Part shown: piece by piece, positions 38,643 through 51,070 of the stretch
Numbering within the stretch: the first letter of the stretch is position 1
Layout of the letters: each line of letters starts with the position of its first letter
Origin: Mobula hypostoma
Taxonomy: Eukaryota
Assembly: GCF_963921235.1 (NCBI RefSeq)
Contig: NC_086107.1
Span: forward strand, 46,314,001 to 46,378,000
Direction of reading: 5' to 3'
Length of the DNA: 64,000 nucleotides
Position numbers and translations under genes: made by a program
The notes under the pieces: model-generated
The model's input: only the letters and a program-made list of their open reading frames with translations
The model's database searches: none
What the model was told of the DNA's origin: nothing

Positions 38643-39529
38643 ATTCAGTAATGTCAGGCCCTCTCTTTTCTGCATACTTAAGGTAGATCTAAGTCTGTAA
38701 ACTCCAGCATTTTCAATAAAGCATCAGAAAGCTTTCCCATAGTGAATGATTTCAATGCAGAATTCCTTGGGAAGTTGCAGTGTGTTAGAGCGTATACATA
38801 AATACATGGTCATTCTTTTTAATTAATGCCTTTCTCTATGAGAATTGCATTGTTGTATTTGGGGATTGGCCCCTCCAATCTTTGGACTGCTGAGGACTGC
38901 CTGTCCATGCAGTTAGGATATGTCACTCAGGGGCGTGAGCTCTCTCTTTACATATTCTTGTGTGACTGTATGTTTACTGCTATCTATATGTGCAACATGT
39001 GCCTTGTGCTGTGTATCACTTTTGGTATTGTGTTTTGTGCCTTGACCCCGGAGGAATACTGTTTCATTTTACTGTTTTCATGGGTATTCATGAAGAGTTA
39101 AATGATAATTAACTTGAACATGAGTGGTGATCCCAAGTGCAATGAGTGAGTGGCAATCAAGAGATTATGGCATTATGCATGTTAACAATGTTAAATCCAT
39201 AGATTTCAATGGCTGACACAATACAAGGAATTATCTGGAGTGGTTTTGTGGTGAAGTTTCAGCAAAGACTACTTTTTACCTCTAATCTCATGAAAAAGTT
39301 AACTCTATTGTTGGAATTCAACGTAGCAGACTTCTCCACTTGGGCTGTTTCTTACATGTAATTGTGAAAGTGGTAACAACACTTGACTATTACATATTCA
39401 GATACTCCATTTGGTTTGAGTGAGGTTGATCACATCAGTTATTCTGAGGTAACATAAACAGGAGGTAATGTCACTGATGAAGGGAAACTGGGATCTGACA
39501 TTGTTGCTATCATTATTACTAATATCAAT

Positions 39530-40890
39530 ATTCAGAATCAGAATCAAGTTTAATATCATCGGCATATGTCGTGAAATTTGTTAACTTTACTGCAGCAGTA
39601 CAATGAAATACATGATAAATAAATATAGAGAAAAAACAAGAATTACAGTAAGTATATATATTTATATAGTTAAGTTAAAAATAAATAGTGCAAAAAAACC
39701 GCAGAAATAAAAAAAAATAGTGAGGTAGTTTACACGGGTTCATTGTCCATTTAGAAATCGGATGGCAGAGGGGAAGAAGCTGTTCCTGAATCACTGAGTG
39801 CATGTCTTCAGGCTTCTGTATCTCCTTCCTGCTGGTAACAATGAAAAGAGGGCATACCTGGGTGGTGAGGGTCCTTAATGATGGACGCTGTGTTCCTAAG
39901 GCACCACTCTTTGAAGATGTCTTGGATACTGCGGAGGCTGGTACCCATGATGGAGATGACTAATTTTACAAGTTTCTGTAACTTACTTAGATCTTGTGCA
40001 GTAGCCCCCTCCCCCATACCAGACAGTCAGAATGCTCTCCACTGTACATTTGTGGAAGTTTGTATATTTTTTAGTTGACAAACCAAATCTCCTCAAACTC
40101 CAAATTAAATATAGCCACTGTCTTGCCTTCTTTATAGCTACAGCAATATTTTGCATCCAGGTTAGGTCCTCAAAGATATTGACACCCAAGAACTTGGGAC
40201 TGCTCACTCTCTCCACTTCTGATCCCTCTATGAGGATTGGTTTGTGCTCCCTCATCTTACCCTTTCTCAAGTCCACAATCAGTTCTTTGGTCGTGCGAAT
40301 GTTGAGTGCAAGTTTGATGCTGTGAGGCCACTCAACTAACTAGTGTATCTCACCCCCACGTCTGTTTGTCACCATCTGAAATTCTGCCAACAATGGTTGT
40401 ACCATCAGCAAAGTCATAGCTGGCATTTGAGCTGTGCCCAGCCACACAGTCATGGGTGTAACACAACCCTGTGGCACACCAGTGTTGATTGTCAACAAGG
40501 TAGATATGTTATTTCCAATCTACACAGATTATGGTCTTCTGGTTAGGAAGCTGAAGATCCAGTTGCAGAGGGAGGCACAGGGGCTTTGGCTCTGTAGCTT
40601 TCTGGTCAGGACTGTAGGAATGGTGATATCAAATGTTGAGATATAGTCAATAAACAGCATCCCAACATAGGTATTTGCATTGTCCAGGTGGTCCAAGGCC
40701 GCACAGAGAGCCATTGAGGTCGCATCAGCTGCAGACTTATTGTGGTGGTAGGCAAATTGCAATGGGTTCAGTTCCTTTTTGAGACAGATTTTGATTCTGA
40801 CCATGACCAACTTCTCCAAGCACTTCATCATCGTAGATGTGAGTGCTATTATTAACATTACCATTGCCATGAATGCTACTCTTACCACTT
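39530..40890 (-). mobile_element. Rex/Babar-like LINE fragments
   Basis: LNPLQFAY..., YVGMLFIDY.STF.TI and KFLGVNIFEDLTW motifs. Confidence 0.75.
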
Positions 40891-40959
40891 ACAGTCCTAG
40901 CCTCTTAACCTCAATATTAAGCAGCTGGGATGTTTTTAGTTATGTGAGATACAGCGTGG

Positions 40960-41220
40960 AATGAACGCTTCCAGCCCTTCGAGACGCACTGCTCAGCAAC
41001 CCCCGATTTAACCCTAGCCGAACCACAGGACAATTGAGAATAACCAATTAACCTACTAACCTGTACACCTTTTGACTGTGGGAGTAAACCAGAGCACCTG
41101 GAGGAAACCCACCTGGTCACGTGGGGAACATACAAACTCCTTACAGGCAGTGGTGGGAATTGAACCCATGTTGCATGTACTGTAAAGTGTTGTACTAACC
41201 ACTATGCTACTGAGCCGCCC
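40960..41220 (-). mobile_element. SINE fragment (tRNA-like head with conserved core)
   Basis: On the - strand, GGTTCAATTCCC B-box-like sequence, then GTTTGTATGTTCCCC...GGTGCTCTGGTTT core; similar to 21190-21400 on +. Confidence 0.6.
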
Positions 41221-41604
41221 CAAATGCCCAGCGTTTTGGCTGAGATTATACCAAATGACTCCCCACCCCCACTGTGGACTGAAAGATCACTATTCTCAAT
41301 GATCCTGATGTCCTTAAAGTTGGCAGAATGTTTAAGATTATGCATCAGTTCTCTGGGATTCCTTTAGACTTGAATTCCTATCTCGTACATTCTGCATCAA
41401 GACGTAGACACTCCACTGCATTTTTAACTGATAAATTACAAAAAAAAGTAAGAAATATGCAAATAAACAAAAAGAACAACAGCTTAAAGCTTGAATGCAT
41501 AGAATATAGTTTTCTGGTCCCTCATTGCTGATGTCAGTAAGCTCTAACAAGAGTATTTGGTAATATATATTAATCATGAACTTATTCTGTTCTCTCTTCC
41601 ACAG

Positions 41605-41889
41605 TCAAACCAAAAGTCAATGTATTTATGCAAAAAGAGCAGAACTTTGCAATATGTGAAGTAAAGGAATTTTATCCAAAGGAAATTACAGTCAGATGGT
41701 TAAAAGTACTAGATGAAAAAGTGGAAGATATTTCAAAAGATCAGTCTATTGATGATATTGTTATGGACCAAAGTGGGACATTTAGTCTTACCACTAAAGT
41801 AAGAGTAGAACCGATGGTGAGTAGTTCTGCCATATACATCTGTACAGTGAAGCACAAAGAGTTCCATGGAAATTTTACACTGACTAAAG
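41605..41889 (+). CDS. ncr3lg1-like: B7-H6-like gene exon 3, IgC1 domain
   Basis: Strong acceptor and G|GTAAG donor, 285 nt, phase 1-1; C1-set motifs CEVKEFYPKEITVRW, SGTFS and YICTVKH. Confidence 0.92.
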
Positions 41890-42383
41890 GTAAGATCCAA
41901 TTGGAAAAGTATGCAGAATATATTTCTAATATGTTGCCTCACAATATTCAAGCTTCCCTGATAATCCTCACATATGTACATTGACCGTGGAGCAAATATT
42001 ATTATCAGCTCAACCAGCAATCACACTGTTTATACAGAAGATGTGAAAATGGCTTATTTGAGATTGATTCTAATTTGCCTCTAATTTAACTATCCAAAGA
42101 GATAGAAAAAAATTTTAGTTAGCTGCTTCAGCCGATAAAAACATAGTACAGAAACAATTAGAATCAGCCCAAATACACATGTGACATTCATTCATAAAGA
42201 TGTCAATCTTCAGCTATTTCACATCTTGAAAATAAATATAATGCATGTGATTTGTACCACTAACTCATGCAGGGGATAAGTCAAACTGATAAGTTGAATA
42301 AGTTAGTAATACATTCTCATGAATATTGTAACTTACATAGTTTATTCATTTTTCAAGTTTTCAAAAACTTGTGCTTGTTTTAG

Positions 42384-42488
42384 CAGAACAAGAACGAAGT
42401 AAGCTGACTGGTGGAATTATCTTTGGCATTATCATGCTACTTTGTGTTCTGGGTTTTGGAATTTGTATCTGGAAGAAAAAATCTAAAG
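42384..42488 (+). CDS. ncr3lg1-like: B7-H6-like gene exon 4, transmembrane (AEQERSKLTGGIIFGIIMLLCVLGFGICIWKKKSK)
   Basis: TAGCAG acceptor, G|GTAAC donor, 105 nt, phase 1-1; about 23 hydrophobic residues followed by a basic stop-transfer cluster. Confidence 0.88.
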
Positions 42489-43499
42489 GTAACGCTTTTC
42501 TCGGTTTATAAACGTCGACTAGAGTATGAAAAATAAAATGGTTAATTATCTGTTGATAATTTATTAAAATCTTTTTGTTATCTGGAGCTTAACTCAAAGT
42601 TGAAATTATAATAATTTCTTAAAATTTAATCAGAATTAGAAGACTTTTTTCTCTCTTCTGCAGTATCATCCACTAGTCTTATTATGATTCTTACGGGTTA
42701 ACATTTTCATCACAGTTTTCAATTCAGTTTTGAATGAACTATTAACAGGTTACTGATGCCATCTTAGTGATTTAAACAAAAGACACCAGTATTCTGATAA
42801 TTAAACTCTAATTAAATTAGGTAAACCTATCTGAAATATTGGAATATATTCATTAATTGTGGACACATCATTTTGTATTTTAGATTCAAACACAATAATC
42901 AATAATTACTTTTACTTTGTTACTTCATAAGCAGTGCCTTGGGGTCAAGGATGACTTACTGCCCTCTGATTTTGTGCTTTCTGAGTTTTGTGGCGCGCCA
43001 TATTCTTTTGCACTCCAAAGAATAAAGATTGAACCGCTTCAACCATTTGTAATTTGAAACCCTTTCATTCCAGATATTCACATAGTCAATCTCTTCTGGG
43101 CTACCTCCAATGCTAGGAAGTCTTTTTTTAGTCTTCCAGGTGTAGCCTCACCAATTCTTTATATTCTGCAATAATAGTCTGTGTTTTTAAACTTCTTGGT
43201 AATAAAGACCGATATGCCACTTGCCTTTCTCACTTCTTGTTGCACCTGCCTGCTAACTTCATGCTGTTTGTGCACAGGAACACCAGGATCCCTCTATACT
43301 CCCCACTAACTTCATGCTGTTTGTGCTCAGGAACACCTGGATCCCTCGAAACTCCCCCCAGTTGTAAACCCTCTCCATTTAAATCAGAGCTTTCCTTTTA
43401 ATTCCTCATGCCAAAGTGCATGATTTCACAAGTGCCCGCATTAAACATCATTTCCCATGTTTTCACTCATTTACTTAACTTATCCGTCTCCTACAAACA

Positions 43500-44170
43500 T
43501 TGGCATCAGAGATACAAGAGATTCTGGAGATGCTGAAAATCCAGAGTAACACACACAAAATGCTGAAGGAACTCAGCAGGCCACACAGCATCCATGCAGA
43601 AGAATAAACAGCTGATATTTAGAACAAGAATGATTTATCAGGACTGGAAAGAGAGGGGAAAGAAGCTAGAATAAGTGGGGAAGAGAAGGAATAGAAGCTA
43701 GCAGGTGATAAATAAAAGATGCCAGGTGAGGAGTGAAGTTTAGTGGATTGGTGAAGTGTGAATCTGGGAGATGGTATGTGGAAAAGGTAAAGAAGAAAAG
43801 AAGGATAATGGATCACGGGAGAAGGAGGAGGACGGGCACCAGAGGGAGTTGAGGAGAAGAAATGGGATAAGCGAGGAGTCCGATTGGGGAATGGAAGCAA
43901 AGAGAAAGAGACGAGGAGAAATTAGTGGAGGTTAGGGAATTCAAGTTCATGTTGTCAGGTTGGAGACTCCTCGGATGGAATATGAGGTGTTGCTCCTCCA
44001 ACCTTAGACTGGCCTCATTGAGGCAGTAGAGGAGGCCATTAATCAACATGTTGAAATGGGAATGGGGAGTAGAACTAAAATGGTGGCCACCAGGAAAACC
44101 AGCCTGTTGTGGCAGTCAGAACGAACCTCCAATCTACATCAGCTCTCATTGATATAGAGGAGGCCACACT
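43500..44170 (-). mobile_element. Penelope-like 3' fragment
   Basis: RLEEQHLIF...LQP..MN; a related fragment sits at the equivalent position at 52790-53010. Confidence 0.7.
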
Positions 44171-44769
44171 GTGTTTCTCATCACAACATATCTACCTTCA
44201 TATGTCTACCTTCATATTAAAGACAAACTTGAATAACTCAGTGTTCCCTTCATTAAATTATCAGATGGTAGATATAAATAACACCCCACTATTTCACATT
44301 TCTCTGTTAAGCTTTGGATGAACATTTATTTTGTCTGGTTCTATTTTTTTAAAACAAGACACAGTACATTCAGCTAATATTGTGTAAATTTAATACTAAT
44401 TAAATAAAGTCAACATAATGTTGGAAAGTAATCAATAATGGTGATGAAAACATTTAATATTTTACTATGTAAATACGATTTTCAATACTTGCTTCCTGTT
44501 TACTACACTTGGATGGAGAAAACCTTCCCACTAAACAGTTATCAAATTTATTTTAGATCTGATAAAATACCATTTATAATCTAATTGCAAGCCTTTAGTC
44601 TGTTTTATGTATGAAATGCACATAAAAAGTTTTTGGATATCCTTTAAGTTGTTTACACCTATTTCAAGGGAATATCTCACCACTCAGCAAATGGGATCAA
44701 ACAGTTCAATATGCAAATAACCTCAGTTCAATTATCATCTTCTGTGTGTGAGTCTACATAATATTCACC

Positions 44770-46250
44770 CCTTCAATGTGCTATTTTATACACCCAGGAT
44801 ATTTCAAACTGGACACCAGACAGTTATCCATTGGGAAAAGCAACTGCAGCTTCTAAACTAACCAATCACAATGGAAGTGACTTTTGACAATCAGAATAAG
44901 GCCCACCCCCACAGGACACTCCATCCTTCGAAAGTTCCAAATGTGATGATCCAACCCTCAGACTAGTATGACTCTCACGGACTCCTAAGTTATATATAAA
45001 CCACAAGAGCACAATACTCAGTGCTGTAAACCCAATAGTCACTTCCAGTGTGCTATAGTAGTCCATCAGCCCTTCTGTGCCCCAAAAGTTCACCAGCCCC
45101 ACCCTGGAGTGTAATAGCCAATAAGCTGGACCCCACTTACTTTTATGCATGGACTCTGAGGTATGATCTACCAGGTGAGTGATGTTCACCAACCCATCAG
45201 GAAAGTAGGTGCTGCGTTCTTAACCAACAACAGGACAAGTGCCACCTTCCCTTGTGAACAGGTAATCCAAGGCCATCAAAATCAGTTCCTGGGACAGTCT
45301 GGTCATGCCATGCTGAGAAAGACTATCATTCAAAATATCCCTCCTTTGTCATAGCTTTCTTACTGACCAGCATGGGCAAAGTGCTCATCCAGGTAACTGG
45401 GGTGGCATATAAATGGCACCACATATCAATCACACCACCCTATCGCAACCACAGGTCGGTTTGGGATCCAGGAAGTGCCATTCAGCATCCAACCAGTGCT
45501 CAGCTTCACAACACCATTTGGCATAGACACAGCTGTCCAAGGATACTGTTCCTTCTCACACTTGCCATCCACCTTGCACCTTGTTCCTGTACTCAACATA
45601 CCAGCCACACCAACTGTCAGGTGGGGAAATCAGTAAGAGTCAGGATATTCTAATTATACAAATGGTACACAGGTATAGACCAGCCCAGCCCTAAAACACT
45701 CACTCCACCAAGGCTATTGAGGCTCAAGTCTCTTTAAGTCTGTTACCATACTCTGGGTCAGGGTTTGGCTGGAAGACTACTCCTTCCCAGTTCCCCCAAA
45801 ACAGAGTACAAAAACCCGAGAAACCAGATAATACCCTCACAGTCTTTTCCCTTTCAAAAGGATCAATATCAGTGTCTCCCCTTCCTTGATGATGTAAGGA
45901 GTCTTCATACAAATTTAGCAATCTGACTATTAATCCAGTGTGCAAATTTGAACACCATCCCCAGAAATGTACCACACGATCTCCCACCACAAATCACCAT
46001 CCAACACTTTGCCATTCTGTAATGCAGGGAGATACAAATGCACGTGCTCCTGATTAGCCACTGGTTATTTAGAAAATACAACAATAGTACTCCAAGAATT
46101 GGTCCCCAAGTGCTAAATTCCCTCTGAGATGTGGGCATCTCATATCCAGAATAAAGTTGCCCAAATTTCTACTAAATTTCAACTCAAATTTCATATGGCC
46201 ATTATGAAATGGGTCACCCTAAACCAATAATACGGAGAAACAAGTAACGA
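44770..46250 (-). mobile_element. Endogenous retrovirus env remnant (gamma-type TM subunit)
   Basis: The - strand reads LMALDYLFTREGGTCPVVG*ERSTYFPD...NITHLVDH (immunosuppressive-domain-like, with decayed CX6CC), then a hydrophobic anchor TIGFTALSIVLLWFIY. The 5' extent is uncertain. Confidence 0.75.
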
Positions 46251-46411
46251 AGTAACATATTAAGACACAGTAAACATGCAACAGATTTAGAAAAGAAGAA
46301 AGGAAGTAACTGACTAAATGGAATCAAGTAACAGAGTAACTGATTAAACACAAAGCACAAATCTGTCAGTACTTCCAGTTGAACTCTGTCTTCTTGTGTG
46401 TTTCCCCCTAG

Positions 46412-46846
46412 CTGTCAGTCTGTGGTTTTGTATTGCCATGTGTTCCTGTCGCCACTCCTGCTCTGGCCCCTGTGTTACAGAGTACTCCGTCTGTTTCTCA
46501 TTATTACCTGTATTACTGCCACCTGTGCCTCATTGTGCTCCACCTATCATCTGCCTCCCTGTTTATTGCTCTGTGTATTTCAGTCCTGTGGTTTCAGTTG
46601 TTTGTTGCCAGATAGTGCTAGTTAATTTTCCTGAGCCTTTCCAGCATTCGTATCTATACTCTGTCTGTCTGAATATCAACTCTGCCTATTTCCCTATTCT
46701 GCATTTTTTGGATTTCTCTGGATCTTTTGATCTCTGCCTAAACTTTGACGCTGACTTTGTTTGCACCTTGGGATTTGTTACACAGTTAATATCACTGTGT
46801 GTACAGTACTGGGTCTACCATTGGATCCCTGCTCCCGTGCCGTGAC
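46412..46846 (+). mobile_element. Probable solo LTR
   Basis: TGTCA...GTGACA ends and pyrimidine-rich body; no clear TSD. Confidence 0.5.
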
Positions 46847-46859
46847 AAAATCCCAGGCT

Positions 46860-49200
46860 GTACTCCTCTTCTTTAAAACTTCCCATGGAACTGCAAAAAC
46901 TTAAAACAGTTGATTTCTCATAGAGAAATAAGGAGGGTGAACAGTCAGAGGTCATGGTCCCTGTAGGTACCAATGACATGGGTAGGATGAGTGATGAGGT
47001 TCTGCATAGGGAATTAGGAGCTAAGCTAAAGGGCAGAATCTCGAGGACTGTGATCTCAGGATTTCTACCCATGCCATGCACTTCTGAGACTGGAATTAGG
47101 AATATTATATAACTTAATATGTGCTATGGAGTAGGTGTAGGAGGATGGACATAAGATCTTTGGATCATTGGCTACTTCCAGGGGAAGGTGCGACCTGTAC
47201 AGAAGGAATAGTTTGCATTTGAACAGGAGGGAGACTAATATCCTAGTGGGAAGGTTTGCTCATGCTGTGTGGTGGGGTTTAAGCTAGAAATGCAGGGCAA
47301 TGGAAATCAGAGCACCAGGACAGTCAGTGGAGAGGTTCTGGAGGCAAATGTTTGTAAGACCCCAGACAAAGTCAGCAATCAAAAGTTTGAGTATGGTGCG
47401 ACTAGTCTCCTGAGCACATATTTCAAACAAGAAATATCACAGGAGCTCAGAGCATGAATCATCACCTGGAATTATGACATTGCAGTCATTAGTGAGACTT
47501 GGTTGCAGGAGGGGCAGGACTGGCAAATCAGTATTCTGGGGTAGCATTGTTTTAGACGTGACAGAGTGGGAGGGATTAAAGGAGAAGTGGTGACATTACT
47601 AGTCAGGGAAGATGTCACAGCAGTGTCCCGTCAGGACAGACTGGAGTACTCGACTGGTGAGGTTTTATGAGCAGAACTGAGAAATAAAGCTATGATCAAG
47701 TTAATGGGGCTATATTACAGACAACCCAGCAGTCCTAGGGATTTAATGGACCAACTGTGTAAAGAGATCGCAGACTTTTGCAAGAAACAAGGTTGTTATA
47801 GTAGGTGACTTTAACTTTCCACATATTGACTGGGAAAGCCCTACCGTAAAAGGACTAGATGGGATAGTTTGTCAAATGTGTTCTGGGAAGTTTTCTTCAT
47901 CAGTATGTAGAAGTCCGAATAACAGAGCATACAAACTGGATCTGCTATTAGGGAATCAGACAAGTCAAGTCACAGAGGTTTGTGTAGGGTTTGCATCCAG
48001 TGACTACAATGCTATTATTGTCAAAGGAAATATGCAAAGAGACAGGCCTGGTCTGCAGGTTGATATTCTAAATTGGAGAAAGGCCAATTTTGATGGTATC
48101 AGAAATGATTCAGCAAGTGTGGATTGGGACAAGCTGTATTCTGGCAAAGGCGTATTTGGAAAGTGGCAGGCCTTCAAAAGCAAAATTTTGAGAGTGCAAA
48201 GCTTGTGCATGGCAGTCAGAATAAAAGGTAAAGATAGCAAGTGTAGGGAACGTTCGTTTTCAAGAGATATTGGTTAAGAGAAAAAGGTGCATAGCAGGTA
48301 TAGGCAAGTAGGAACAAATGAGGTGCTTAAGGGAGTACAAGAAATGCAAGGAAACACTTAAGAAAGAAATCAGGAAGGCTGAAAGAAGGCGTGAAGTTGC
48401 TCTAGCAGACAAAGTGACAGAGAATCCTAAGGGATTCTACAGATATGTTAAGAGCAAAGGGATTGCGAGGGACAAAATTGGTTCTCTGGAAGACTAGGAT
48501 AATAATCCAAGTGTGAAGCCAAAACAGATGGAGGAGATCTTAAATGCATTCTTTGCATCTATTTTTACTTTGGAGTTGGATGCAAAGTCTATAGATGTGA
48601 GGCAAAGCAGCATCAACTTCATGGACCCTGTACAGATTACTGAAGAGAAGGTGCTTGTTGTCATGAGGTAAATCAGAGTGGATAAATCCCCAACACTGAA
48701 GGTGTTCCCTTGGAACATAAGGGAGGTAAGTACAGAAATTGCTGGAGCCCTAGCAGAAATATTTAAAACATCCTTAGAGACAGGAAAGGTACCAGAGGAT
48801 TGGAGAATAGCCATATTGTTTCACTATTTAAAAAGGATCTAAACAGAAAACAGGAAATTATAGACCAGTGAGTCTGACATTAGTTGTGGGAAAATTAGCA
48901 AAAGGTATTCTTAGGGACTCGACATCTAAGTATTTGGGTAGTCATGGACTGATAAAGGACAGTCAGCATGGCTTCGTGAGTGGTAGGTCATGTCTAACCA
49001 ATCTTGTATAGATTTTCGAGGAAGTTATCAGGAAAATATAGGAAGGTAAGTCAGTGGACGTTGTCTCCATGGACTTCAACAAGGCATTTGACGAAGTCCG
49101 TCATGGGAGGCTAGTCAGGAAGGTTCAGTCACTCAGCATTCAGGATGAGGTAGTAAATGGGATGTGACATTGAGAAGCCAGAAAGTTGTAGTAGAGTGTT
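46860..49200 (+). mobile_element. CR1 LINE, ORF1 esterase to RT remnant
   Basis: VGTND (SGNH-type ORF1), YDIAVISETWL (APE endonuclease) and GFVSGRSCLTNLV (RT). Confidence 0.85.
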
Positions 49201-49696
49201 GCAGGACTTTGGCAGACCCTGCCAAAGGGTCTCTACCTGAAATATCGACGGTACTCTTTTCCATAGATGCTGCCTGGCCTGCTGAGTTCCTCCAGCATTT
49301 TGTGTGTATTGCTTGGATTTCCAGCATCTGCAGATTTTCTCTTGTTTGTGACTTTGTATATAAAATAATGTTTGAGCCTCCAACAATACATCTGGCCTAC
49401 CACTCGAATGACTTCTTATAAGACTCATCAAAACTGAAAAGGAATTGGAACAAAGTACAACCTCATATGGGCAATTTCATCCACCCACTGTAAGCCTAAC
49501 ATGATGGCAACCAATTCTGCTGTCTATACTGGTACTGACGAGTAAGTCATTACTTTACTACTACCTGTAATTCAGGCACAAAAATACACAGCAACATTCC
49601 CAGTTAAATTATGTTTTGGTCCATCTGTAAAAATGGATAACATTCCATAATTCTCCTGAATATATAGATGAACCAGCAGACACAATCTCTTGTGTC

Positions 49697-49790
49697 AGAT
49701 TGAAGAATATACTTTAAAGCTGGGTCACACTTCGCATGACCCCTTGTGGCAAGGATCTGGCAGCTGCAGCGTCTGCAGGCAGCTACATTG
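49697..49790 (+). pseudogene. Terminal-exon copy Y0 with its upstream acceptor region lost
   Basis: Homologous to 51021-51070, but the upstream sequence is unrelated and the TAG stop reads TTG. Confidence 0.6.
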
Positions 49791-49939
49791 TTGGATATAT
49801 ACATCGATCTCCTTTTGAACCGAAACGTGAAAAAACAACCTCACATTTTTTTAAGATATAAAGTTCACCAGTACTCTGATTTTTAGATAAACTTGAATAA
49901 CTCATACTGTGTTCCCTCCATTAATGATGAGGTCTTTGT

Positions 49940-50300
49940 AGGTCAGGGTTGACCATGGATGTTACATGCTAGCTGTCTAGATATGCAAGCCCGGGCAGTA
50001 CAATACGGAGAGCAAGCTGTTGTCCATGTAGCAAGTTCACCCTCTCCACACATCTGATGAACCCGAAGGAACTGCAAGGACTGATACAGTTTGGCACCAG
50101 CAGCATCGCAGGAGATGTCAGTCAGCATTGAACTCAATACAGGACTGCCTTAGGGACTCCAGCTCTGGTTTTGTCCCATGGGGTTTACTCGCAAAGCCTT
50201 CCTGTGAGCGGATATACTGCAGCTGCAAGACAGCAGAGGTTTGAGATCAGAGTTTTCCTTCTCCTCGATGACTTACCAACCACAGCTGATGAGCCCGGAT
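49940..50300 (-). mobile_element. RTE-related non-autonomous element, duplicated at 54100-54460
   Basis: Shares a domain of about 100 bp with the SINE body; present at the same position in both duplicated units. Confidence 0.6.
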
Positions 50301-51020
50301 TAAATTATTAATATAGATAGTAAATGTAATTTAGCACACCACTATTTCACAATTTTCTATTAAGGTTTCAAAAACCTATTTACTGTGTCGGGTTCTATCT
50401 TTTTTAAACAATGTCATTGTACATTCAGCTAATATTGCGTATATTTAATACAAATTAAATAATGTAAACATGATGTTGGAAAGCAATCATTAATGGGCAT
50501 GAAAACATTTAACATCTTACTATACAAATACAATTGTCAGCAGTTGCTTTCTGTTCACTGCACTTGGGTGGTGAAAACTTAGATCAAATAAAATACCATT
50601 TAATATCGAATTGAAAACATTTAGTGTACTGCATGTGTGAAATGCACATAAATAGTGTTTCAATATCCTTTAAGTTGTTCAAGTATCATGGAGATGTCTC
50701 ACTAGTCATGAAGTGGAATCAAATACTTCAAGATGCAAATAACTTCTGCTCAATTGTCATTTTCTGTGTGTAATTCAACACAATTTGACATCACTATGGT
50801 GTTGACAGTTCATTTATAATTGATAAATGTGGCAAATATGTACTATATAACTCATTTTTTTCATTTACAATAAAACAAACAGCAAGCCCTGCACTGAAGT
50901 GTAAACCACACATAGCATGATATGTCCTAACTGGGAAAGAATATTTTACTCTCTGATCAGGCCTGCCTCATTTCCCATTGCTACTGTTGAAGATGTTTCC
51001 TTCACCCTGATTCACTGCAG

Positions 51021-51070
51021 AGACTGAAGAGTCTATTTTGAAGCTGAGTCACGTTTCCCATGATCCCTAG
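51021..51070 (+). CDS. ncr3lg1-like: Candidate terminal exon Y1 (ETEESILKLSHVSHDP*)
   Basis: Acceptor TTTCCTTCACCCTGATTCACTGCAG, phase 1, TAG stop, AATAAA at 51180-51185. Confidence 0.55.

Noticed and set aside
44770-46250. Retroviral sequence co-opted as the cytoplasmic tail, as in human B7-H6
   Set aside because: The remnant is env-like, antisense to the gene, and has stops and frameshifts.
46396-46845. Cys-rich hydrophobic 149-aa ORF
   Set aside because: Coincides with a pyrimidine-rich LTR-like element; no splice or domain support.
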